From NCBI GenBank assembly GCA_964106915.2, contig OZ066917.1: 64,000 nucleotides of DNA; one strand, written 5' to 3'. The position numbers and the translations under genes were made by a program. This DNA comes from Podarcis gaigeae. Taxonomy: Eukaryota. Position 1 is the stretch's first letter; each line of letters starts with the position of its first letter. Below the pieces are notes generated by a model, which saw only the letters and a program-made list of their open reading frames with translations, did not search any database and was not told the DNA's origin. Of this stretch, positions 27,801-39,800 are shown in pieces.

Positions 27801-30800
27801 CCGATTCTAAGTATTATAAGCAAAGGTATATTCCACTTGATGGAACTTCTTTCTGGAATATTCTAAGAACTTTCCAGGACACACGACCAGTTTATATGTT
27901 AATAGGCCAATGTCAAATCTGGAGATGAAATCAGGTGGCTCCTTACACATTTTATTATTAACTTGGACAAAGTTTTAAAAACCAGTGAAGTTATCAAGTT
28001 TGTAAGAAATGGATACAATCGTCAAAGCTAAGCTGTATTAAGATCAAGTCACTCTCCTGCTAAAGACACCTAAATCTTTCCCACCAAAATCAACAGGGCC
28101 TTTTCCTTTTCTGAACTTGTTTTATTAAATTTCAAGTATAAAAAACTTACAAATAAACCCCCACAGATAAATACAGCATATCATGTCTGAACAAATTCAA
28201 TTCTCCAATAAAAGTGCCCATCAAATAAAGCACCTTTCCACAGATCGTCATGAGAGGCTGGTACTCTTTAACCATGTACTTTTGTCATAGCGTATCTAAT
28301 AAAACTGAATCAAACAGGAAAAAACTTGTCAGACTTCTTGTTATGTCTTATCACTGTAGTTTGTTGGTTAATTTTTCCATCTGAAGGCCTCCTAATTATT
28401 GAAACCAATTTCCATTATGCTTCTGTTTAGCTATCTCCAAATTTTTGTTATAGTTAATCTAACTGCTGCTATCAGGTGAGTAATCAGTTTAGCGTTATGA
28501 AACATTTTTATCCAAAAATTGCTAGAACTCTGGGCAGGATGACTACGTATAGAACAGGGAACCTAATCCCCGATAATTTGATAGTTGACTGCATTTGTTT
28601 TGGCAGTCCTACTTAACAGAAGTGGGTGCATATACCAGCAGTGCAGAAGTTTTTAATGCATCTTTAAGTGCTCAAGCAGACGACGAGAGAAACCGAGCTT
28701 TACCCCACATGTGTTCCCAATGAGTACTGCCTATTATTGCACCCAGGACACAACCCCAAAGGGCCTTTAAGGAAGTTAGAGGTTTCTTTGAGGTCTGGAC
28801 CAAAATATTCAACATTTTTGACAGAAGGCCTTTATCCAAATAATCTGTGGTAGAAATCAACTTTTCAAATAGTGTCAAAGGTCAGAAACACGTAGAACCT
28901 GATGGATGTTAATCCAATTATATGGAATCTCAGACAGTTTTAGTTGTGGGAAGAAAACAGCTGAGTTCTACCCATTTATTTAATTGCTTGCTAAGCTTTT
29001 CACTTGCCATTTTATTTAAAGTAATGAATAAAAATTTCCACTCCCAGTGAACAAACCCTTTGGTGGCATCCAGGGCTAAAATGGCTATAGGCATTGGATG
29101 ATTTTGTCCAAAATTAATTGCATTCAACATTAGGCAATGAGCGTTGTTAGGTGAATTCTTTAATAATGATGAATACAGTTAGATATGATCACAGCCCATC
29201 TCTTTACCAGGATGTTTAGTGCAGGCACTTATTTAAAGGGCAGAGTGATGTGGTTCAATGGATTTCAAATCCTTCAAAAGTTTAGGAATCATAACAATTT
29301 TCAAAGTATCTCGTATTTGCCTGTTGCTTTATTTGTTTAAAAATGTTAACAATAATTGGTCTTGGAAGGTTTTAGAGAAGACAACAGTTTAGCCATCTGG
29401 TGGTTTAAATACATTTAGTTAATGCCCACTTGAGGTTCTTCAATAGAGAGGAGTTGGCTTAACATTTTTCTATGATTAACTGTGGAAGAGATATTTTATC
29501 TATAATTTAAATTAATTAATGCTCCTCTGGCCATTGCCTTAAGAATTTCCTTTGGTGGCCTTTCAACAACTACTGACTTGTAGTAATCCTGAATCCATTT
29601 CCAGTGGATTATTTTCCCAGATCAAAGAAGTGAACAAAGGAATATGATCAAAGTGTGCATCTTCCCAATATTGGAGGAGTAGACCCAAAAGGACCACATC
29701 TCTGAGATCAAGAGGCAGGCTATTAACTGGAAAAACAAGTCCTATTAACTGGAAAAACAAGTCCTATTAACTGGAAAAACAAGTGTAATCATGTTAACTG
29801 GAAAAACAAGGGTAATCATGTTTCTCTTGGTGGAAGTTGTATGCATCATATCAAAGTGTATTTTTTTCAATAATTAATATAGCAGAGTTTCAGTAGAGGG
29901 TGATGTATTTTTCCCTTTAAGTATTTTTTTACTTCTGTCAAAATATTCATTTAGTATGAAATGAAGATTGTCTCCGATGGCCATCCATTCCTGTTTAAAG
30001 GATTCTTGCTATAAAAAAGTGTCTTTTTCAAAAAGAGTATTTGCTGCTTATCGGGGCAATACACTGAACCTGAAGTTAACCACTTCCCACAATTGTTGGC
30101 ATGTACCCATTAGTCCCATACAAGTAACAACCTATCACCTACAACTTCCCCTTCCCCTGAAACTCAATGAGTTTCAAATGTAGTGGGAATCAAAGGGGAA
30201 GGGGGAAACTCCCCACTCCACGGATCTAACAGTAAAGAAGTTAGCGCTGAAGTTTTATGCTGAAGTTAAAATGATTGTTTATGCAATGTTAACAGAATGG
30301 TCACATAAAATCCCAAACTGAGCAGGTTCCATCTGGGATAAATTCTGGCCATTTCTTCTTTGGGGAAACCTTTCTGTCTCTTTGCCACTAGGTCAAAGCT
30401 CTCTTGATCTGGATCCCTGCTTTCTTCATCAGCTTCTTGTGTTCACTGCTCCAATTCAGGCTGCAATTCCAAATGCTGTAAAAGCTTTCTAGATTCCATT
30501 CTGGATTACTATTAACTTACAATGGTAACTCTAAATCTCTGCATTAAGTCATTTTTTACCAAGTATTTGGAAAAACGCACTACAACACCCCTAGGGTTCT
30601 TGCCTTTTTTTTTGTTTGGAACAAAGTGAACTGTGTAGGTTTTCTATATCCCCCGGTTAAAGATTCACCTCGGGAGCAGCTGACAGATCTGTGCTATAAA
30701 AGCTTCTTGCAAACTTTGCTCTCCAGGTTCCTCGTGGATTCCCCCTGGCCCTAATATTCAGGCAGCAATCTTGACCCTGAATGTCTTCTAGCTGTAGCTT

Positions 30801-33800
30801 TAAGTCAATTTGTGGGGGTTTCATTACCTCAATGGCGGCTTTGTTCTTGAAGCTGAGTTCCATTGCCGTGCTTGCTGTCACTGAGATCTCTGCTAAGTTG
30901 CTTGCCTATTTAGCAATGTCACCTCTAAAGAGTTGGAGGACTTCATCCAATTTCTGGTGAGGTTAGGAGACAAGGGTTGCCATGGTGCTGGACTCCTTGA
31001 TATCCATATTTTTCCTTCCTAAATCTCATTCTGGGGTAGCTTTGGGAAGCAGAAATGATGGGGAAAGTAGGTCCAAATATCTTTTCTGTTCCCATGCAGC
31101 CTATGTGGCATATCATATCTGGGAATCTTTTCTTTTTTCTTGCATTCATAGCTAACAATTGCATACTTAAGACTAATAATCCCAGGGCACAAAGGGTCAT
31201 CAGGGTTAAGACACCATCTTGCAATGATGATTTCGCCATCCTCCAAATTTACAATTTCTATTTCATTTACAGAAAACAAAGTAGGCAAAAGGTCAGGAAA
31301 GCAACAGAGGCTCGAGGCCCATTCAACATCAAGTCTCACTGGCTTGTATCAAATCTGGATGGTGTAGACACAAGCACATTTGGTTATTTTAAGTAAAACC
31401 GGCATAACATTCAAGAATAAGCAGCAGGCCACTTGGAGGCCCCTACCAAGTAGCATAAACAATTGCTCTCTCTTTTTCTTATTTAAAAACACTGCTTTCA
31501 AAATGGAATGGGGATTAAGGTATTCAGAACTCTTGTCGCTTAAAACTATGCAATGTGAATACACGGCAGCCTTATTACACGTACACTGAGGCTTCAAATG
31601 TCACTCATATGGAATGAACACCCAGCAAACAGTGCACTGGAAACCAATCCAATTGTTCTGTGCAGTGTAATTCTTTATCTCTCAAAGAAGCACAATTACA
31701 TAGGTTGCCAGTTGATGGCAAATTAAACATTCGGTTTTTCTTGCAGCTCAAAGCAGAACTTAAGCCCAACTCTCACTCACATTGAGATAAGATACTAAAA
31801 TTTACTCCCTGTCTCTCACCAACTTCTAAACATGGGATGATATAAATGCTTCCTATTACAGTATGCAGAAATGACCCAGGAATTCCTGTGAAACTAGGTT
31901 TAATACACAGGGTCATAGTTGATCTTGTGTTCAAGTAACCATGGGTTGTCCCAGTGCAGGTGGTGACCTGCTTACAATCTCACTTTTCTTAGTGCAGGGG
32001 AATGAACATTCAAAACAACTCTCACCATAACTCTGGAAATTACTGAGAAGTGCCAAAATTTGACCAGGTACATTAGAAGCCCCACTTGTTTAAACGCGTA
32101 TTCATAAAGAGTAGTTTTTAGCAATGAGTAGGTAGCAAATTATTTAATATGAACATACTAAGAGCACCTAACAGGCATGCACAGAAAAATACATATCCAG
32201 GGAGGAAGAGATTTAACACAACAGCTAACCTGAAATTTAGCTACACAACTCGAACTGCAAAAGGTGTACAGTATTCCATCAGGCATTGTGGCTTGATATT
32301 GAGGTAAACAGTTTCGCTTACAAAAGTGGCAAACAATCCCCATACCTAAAAGAAAAATGTAGTTTACAAATAAAATAAATGCAAATGTACAATGTTATGA
32401 ATAACAAGTTGGCGTTTCTCAAAATCTGCATCAATGGCTGCGTTCATATCATCTTATCTTGGCTTAATAAACTGAGTATTTTAGCTGGGAATGCAGCCTC
32501 TTTGCTACTCAAGCAAGCAATCCAGGAAATCTCGTATTTTCCCACTTTACTTGAACCAGGAGACTACAGTTACCAGCTTTGGAAGACACCAGGTGTTCTG
32601 AAGCTAGAAACTATAGTTTCTTGGTTTAGATGAAAACAGAAACTATGGTTAATTATAGGCTTCCTAGCTTACTCACAGTGTTGGAGGAACAAATGAGCCA
32701 TGTAGCATCTTGTTCATATCATGGCATTGTAAGATGATCAGATAATCATCTGAACCAGGCCAATGTGAAAGCTCTACTTAAATAGTTTGTTTTTAAATAC
32801 AGATATAATTACAAACACTTTTTGTGTAAATCATGCCTCCGTGTATTATTTTGGTGGGGTTACAAAAAATGTACTGGCACTTTTTCAAACAAATTCAACT
32901 GATTTTTAACCATCTCCATCTATTTTGCAAGGAAGAACACAGACTGCACTTTTGCTAGCAATGTGTGTTCTTTGATCATGACTCCAACAATGTACCTCTG
33001 TCATAAAATAAAAGCTTCACAGTGAATTTAAGACAAAAATAGATGCAATGGAAGAATTAAGAGTACATTTTTTCATTATAAAGAAGTTGTAGCTAAATAT
33101 TAAAAGTTTAAAGGCATCAATCTTTATAGCTTTTGTATGTGACCGATAAGCATTGCTAATGTTATTTTACGTGCTAAATGTAATCTAGGCACCAACTAAT
33201 TTAAAATAAAATTTTCCCCCAAAGGAAAATCAGATAGAAAGCATAAGTGAAACAAGAGTCTCCTACTTCGGAAAATTATTTTATCATCATGGATGAAAAC
33301 ACGCCAACCTTTTCACTTACTTTCTGATTTTGCATGTTTTGATTTGTGTGTGTTCATGCATGCAGTTGAGCAGTATGGCTCCATATGTCCATTAGGTCCT
33401 ATGCACTGTGTCATGTCAAAAAACCTGCACTGAACTCTGCAACCAGTACAAGCTGTTAATTTGCCATATTTCTAAAAAGCAAATAATAAAAAAGTAAAAA
33501 TAACATTAGTTATGACTCAATCAGATTGTCTTATTACAATAGGCATACAGAAATTTTCTAGTATCCTCTCAAAAGCTCAGCTACTGTCACAGTAAGGCCA
33601 AGTCACCACACACAGGATCCCTATCTACATGTATTTTACAGAATGTAGAACCCACATACAATAGAGATAGCACCCACCCACCCACCCCGTCTATGCCAGT
33701 TCCACCTCATGAACATGCATTCAACATAATCTGCAAATTGTGTCTGCTTATGTGGAGCAATCTGCATATAGGCCTGCCCATGCTATTTTTATTCCAGAAT

Positions 33801-36800
33801 GTTTATGGGCAAGGATGATAGGACTTGGGTTCATGTGTGCAGTCTCCATGTGGATGCAAAGCAGGTTTAGATTTTTTTTTAATCACCTACCTAATCTATG
33901 TAACTTAATTTGCCCTTTTCACAACAGTCATACACTGAGTTAACATCTACTATAACCACTGGCTAATTAGGTAGGAAATGATCAAAGGCAGTTAATTTAT
34001 TTAGGAGGAAATTCAGTTATAACCCAATATGAACTGACTGACTTGCATGTAAGGGAACAATGTCTACAGGCGACAAGACATGCTTCATTTTCCTACCAGG
34101 GGGTAGCCAGGATGCTGCCCCGCCAGATGTTGCTGGACTAAAGCTCCCATCCCTGATCACCAATCATGCTGGTTGGGACTGGTGGGAGTTACAGCCCAGC
34201 TACAACTTGAAGGCACCATGCTGGGTACCCTGCCCCATGCTATCTAGTACTATGGGAGCAACTCACAGTACCATGTGAGTAATTTCTGCCTCTGCAACAG
34301 GAGCCTCTAAAACCTGCTTTTCACTCTGAAACCACCCAAGAAGTTTTTCCCACCAAGAGAAATGACAGGGAACCATCAAACCTAAACCTTAACTTGATCA
34401 GTGGAAAACATGATCTTATTTGAGTCTTCTTTAAATACCAATCAACATGTTCTAGACTTTCTTCTACAAAACGCAGCAAAGTTTCAGACTCATTTAATCT
34501 CTGCATGAGTTTGCGCTTGCTTAGGCAACCCATGAAAGTCTTCTTTAAGATTAGTCAGTCACTGTAGTGTTGTTGTTTAGTCGTGTCTGACTCTTCGTGA
34601 CCCCATGGACCAGTCACTGTAGTACTGGTGATTAATGGGGAATCTAGCTAGAACAGCCATAATTTCATATCTGTACTGAGGATGGTCTGACAGTCTCACA
34701 AGGCCATCTGCTGGCAGCCTTGCTATCTGAAAGTTGATTTACAGAAGCTGCCTAAATAGTCTGGAGGAAAACGTCTGCTTTCTAGATAAATGGTTTCTTT
34801 GTATTAAGTAAGATAGGAATTTAACCGTGTTTTGTACAGAAACACAGCTTTGAAATGTGCAAAGGGTGTTTCCATAACCATTCCTTAAACAGTACACCCT
34901 CTAGCTGAAAATCAAGTCTTTCACTAAAAAGAAGGGGCAAGATCTCTTGGGATCTGGAGAAGCAAAGGGAAGCAGAGAGGTTGGTGGACGAGGCCTTCAA
35001 GGACAGAGCAGCTTTTCATTCTCAAGGCAAAAGCTCCTCTGCAGTCCTAGTGAATCTTGGGGCATGAGGACAGCACTCTAAAAGGAAATGTTCCATTAGA
35101 AGTGACTTATTACTGAGGGGCTAACATATATCCTGTCACAGTGAGAATATCCCTATGGGGACAGGCTCCTTGTTGTAGTTAATTCAATCATTAGAGACCA
35201 AGATACCTAGATTTCTGGTGGATACAGTGACTTGTCTGCCTGGTATGAAGGTTGCAGGTATCACACAGTCTGGCAAAGTATACTGGGTGGGAACCAATGG
35301 TCCACATTGGCACCACTGACACAGGGGAAGTAGTCATATGGTCCTAGAAGTCAAACTTAAGTTGCAAGGCAGGAGATTGAAAGTCAGGGCCTCCAGCAGT
35401 CTTCTCTGAGATACTACACATGCAGGCCTAGCTAGGAAGCCAAACTGTCTAAAATATGTAAATGAGACAGTGGCATAAGGCATGGGTGACTGAACCGTAG
35501 CCCTCCAGATATTGCTAAACTATAACCCTCATCAACCAGTGGCCAATGGCCAGGAATGATGGGAGTTGCAACTCAGCAACTTCTGGTGGGCCATGGGATA
35601 GTAAATGCTTGCATAGGGAGTTTAGACTTGTTAGCCACTAGAGAATATTTTGCTACAACCAAAACTGTAGACTGAATCAGAATATTAGTGCTTAACAGCA
35701 AGAATGTGGCAAAGCAGTTTTTATACTGACCCCTTGGGGAAAAACAACAGGAGCTGTGAAGCATCAGTTTCAGGATCCATCACTGAAAGGGAATTAGGGT
35801 GATGTTTTTGATGACCCAAATAGGGGTGGGGTGGAAGTAGGTCATGCAGAGGGGAAGGAGAAACTTATTGATCAGCTACTGAAACTGTTGCGGTCAAGTC
35901 TGTTTCTCCCTTGCTCTGTCCAATGGACTCCACTGTAAAATACAGTGCCGGCACAACAAAATCTCTCCTCATAGAAAATAACCAATATGCATCCTCAGTT
36001 CAGTTGTTTCCCCTAAACTTTTTATCTTCATGAAATGGCTTCAAGTCACCCAGGTCCACTTCTTTTTATCTGAAACGTGGCAGTGGCCTCCTCTAAAAGA
36101 GCATCTTCAATTTGTAATGGGATAGGATGTGGGTGAATAAACTGAAGTTCCATCTAGCCACAACAGAAATGATGGTTGGAAATTTGAACAAGCAGCAATC
36201 TGGGAAACTGCCTGTTCTGGAAGGGGGAGTCGTATCACTCCTGTTTGCAGTTTGGAATGCATCTGAGTCCTCCTCAGTTCCAGAATACCTGGGATGTGCC
36301 AGTGGTCCAAAATGCTTTTTAACAGTCTGGGTTGGTAGGCGAACTGCAAAGACCATCCAGAAACTTCAATAGGTCTGTACATTGATGGATTTGCGCCACT
36401 ATGATTATAACATTTATTTTGAAATGACTTCATTGGTTACCATGATGTTTCTGACACTAATTTAAGGTGCTGGTGACCTTTAGTATCCAGAATAGTATGA
36501 CTCTCATGGGCAACCTTTCCCTTTTGAACGACCCATCATCACCCATAATTAAGACTGGCTAAGGAAGCACAGACCCTTATACCAGTGGCTGCTGACATTA
36601 GGTTGACATCTATAAGATACACAGTATTTAGTGCGGTGGCTTCAGAATCATGAAATTCCCTCCCCCGCAAAATGGTATGGCATGCCCCTTTCTGGTGTAA
36701 ACCACATTACATTTAAGCACACTTCTGAAAGGCTAGTTGAGGGTTCTTAGCTATCTGTGATATAGAGGGGCGTGAAACCTCATCCCAACCAGATTGAGCA

Positions 36801-39800
36801 CCAACTAGCTGGGAAGACAAACCACCCCCCAACAATATTCATGTCTTCCCTGGACCAAGTTTCAGTTACTGGCCCTCGGCCACTACAAACCAAGCACCGC
36901 TCACAATTCCCACTGCCTCACCTGGATTAGATGAAAAGGAGATGTAAAACTAGGAATCATCAAAATACTGGTGACCACCAATCAGTTCACACCCCCAGAT
37001 GATCTCTCCCAGTGACTTAGATGTTAAATATAGGGACCATGTAGTAAAACGTACCAGATAACTTTGTGTGAAAGTAAGACACTTTCCCATGGCCTTTTCA
37101 CAGTTAACTTATTTTGTTTTGTGGGACCCACCTTCTTTAGTTGAATCTATGTTCCCGGTTTTTTTGTTTGAACAAATTTACTTGTTTTTATAACTGTATT
37201 GTTGTAACCCGCACTCCAATCTTGCGGTAAAGGGTGGATAAGAAATATTATAAATACAGCAAAAAGGCATATGAAAGTTAAGTTAGATACAGCAATAAGC
37301 TTTTGGAAGCAGAAAGAATTGAGAAGATTAAAGGAAGGGGGAAAGTTGCTTACTAAAGGAACAAAAGAAAAACAAAGGTACAAGCAGTTTTGTAAGTAAG
37401 GGGATGCCTTAAGGTAGGAAAAAAGCCTACAAGAAGAATACGAATTAAGCATTCAGGTGTTACTATTAGGGTTCACAGATCTAAACAGCAAATAAAGTAA
37501 ATTTACCACTCTCCTGCAAGACTCATTTAGACATCTTTAGAAGCATCTGACTACAGAAGATACCTACTCTAATCTATGTATTTGAATTTCAAGTAAATTA
37601 AGGTATTTTCATCTCTGTTACATTCTGTTTTGTGTGCCTTGAAGATTAATATTATTTACTTGTTCAAGCAGACACATGACGAGCATTCCTTCTTTTACCA
37701 CATTTCAGTTGCTGCAAGTTCCTTTGCTCAAAATGAAAAGCCTACCTTTTGGCAACAAAGTTTACTTGTTTGATTCTATACAACTACCTCCTCTGAAAAG
37801 CATGACAGATAAGCACTAACAGTTAAAGTAGCAGCAAAGAAAGTAAGGAGCAAAAACTAAAAGGACATGCCCTGAATTATCAACCACTGAAGAAAAAGAG
37901 ACAGAAATCATTGAGGTTTAGCTACCATAAAGCAATGCAAACAAAATATTATGAGTCAATTACTGACAGCAGCCTAAACTGCCATTTTCTGTTTGTGGTC
38001 TAAGTGCTGTTTCATGAATTACTTTGCCAGATACAGTATTAAAAATATTTGTATTAGAAAACCCATGTGCACTAGTGTGTGTCATTCCAAATACACAAAA
38101 AGATCATGCGACTGGATTCTGGAAACACATACCAGAATAAAATCTGTAAACTGCTTCACTCACTTATCTAGTGCATACACCTTTACTGACGCATGTATTA
38201 ACACATAGCTGTAATGTCCATCAAGAGTGACTGGTTAGCAGCTGAAGTGTAAAGAGTGAATGCTCATTCTCAGCTGTATTGCGATAGTATCTATGGGCGA
38301 ACTCAGCAAAACCCTCACAGCGATTGACATAAAATGGCAACATGTTCCTTGTGTTACGAAAATGCATTCAGCAAGGCATGTTGAATCATCTTTATAGCAT
38401 TACTTCCGCAGCACATAGAGGTCCTGGACTTCTTGGAGGAACTGCTCTCCAACCCATCACCTAATCACCTGGAATTTTTAGACACTTTCTGTATTTCCTT
38501 TTTCTCCAAACCGCCCCCCCCCCGATGTTTTTTGCTCCTTTTAGATTCAGTGGCTAAGGAAGCAGTCTGCATGTGTTGTGTGTTTGAATTTTGGAGATAA
38601 AATTGATATTACTTTCCTCTAGGCCTGCTGGATTCTGAACAGACTCCTGGACCTTTAACAACTGCATGGCATCTTCTCAGTGACAAATATGGGAAAAAGG
38701 AATCAAGACAAAATGTACCTGGCAAAGTTCTCCAGTAAAGTTGCACAGAAAAAAAAACGCCTGCATAGTGCAAGACCAATGCAGCCCTAGGTTTCTGTTA
38801 TGTTGCAGCAGTGCTTTCAGGCCTACAATAGCTGGACATCAATGATACAAATGGATGGCCAGTTGAACTCATGTTATCATAATTGAGCTTCTTTCATTTA
38901 TTTATTTATTTGCTTCATTTCATATCTTCTTAAATACTGTGTAGTCTTCCACATTTAACCTTCATTTGTTTCTTCAGATTTTTATTTTTATAATAAAGGG
39001 ACTCATCCAAGATTTAACGTTCCGAGATCTTGGGCAGCATGGTAGTGAAAGGCCTCTGACAGACCACAGAAAGTTCTAGACCAGGGGTCAGCAAATGTTT
39101 TCAGCAGGGGGGGCGGTCCACTGTCCCTCAGACCCTGTGGGGGGGGGCCAGACTATATTTTGAAAAAATAATGAAAGAATTCCTCTGCCCCACAAATAAC
39201 CCAGAGATGCATTTTAAATAAAAGGACACATTCTACTCATGTAAAAACACACTGATTCCTGGACAGTCTGTAGGCATGATTTAAAAGGCGATTGGGCCAG
39301 ATCCGGCCCCCAGGGCCTTAGTTTGCCTACCCATCTAGACAGTCAGAAAACACTGTACTAAGAGCTAAAGTTCTGACACCATGTAAGCCGGCATCACTCT
39401 GGGCTCGAGAGAGAGGAAGAGCAGTAAGTAAATAAGCCCTTGTCTGTGGCCTACTGCATTGTCAGATGGTCCCTGAGACCATACAGAATAAGCAAAGTAT
39501 TGGAGGACTTTCCTAAAGCAAATATAGTGGCAGAAGCATGTTATGATTCTGCTCGCTTTTGCACTTTGATGTGGCTATACTGAAAGCACAAGGTGAAAGG
39601 AAAAGTTTTGCTAAGCAGCAAACTGGCATTCCTAGGCTTGCAGATGTTCCATGACAGCTTGTAATGATATGTAACCAATGCAAATCTACTGCCACATAGC
39701 AACCCATCGCTTCTCCTCATGCATTCCAGTATAACCATGTGAACACTTGGAAGGAAGTATGCCTTCCTATTCCAAGTACTTTTCTCACATGGCACCCATG

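Noticed and set aside
29720-29822. Short repeats superficially like a CRISPR array
   Set aside because: No unique spacers and a eukaryotic intron context; this is a simple minisatellite.
31019-31396. Overlapping 106-aa and 113-aa ORFs that might suggest a captured or viral gene
   Set aside because: They lie in the 5' region and ORF1 start of the decayed L1, show no recognisable domain, and are of chance-level length.
38160-38470. Non-repetitive-looking block ending in a GTGAGT donor-like motif
   Set aside because: No convincing polypyrimidine acceptor or open frame, and conservation cannot be judged from the sequence alone.
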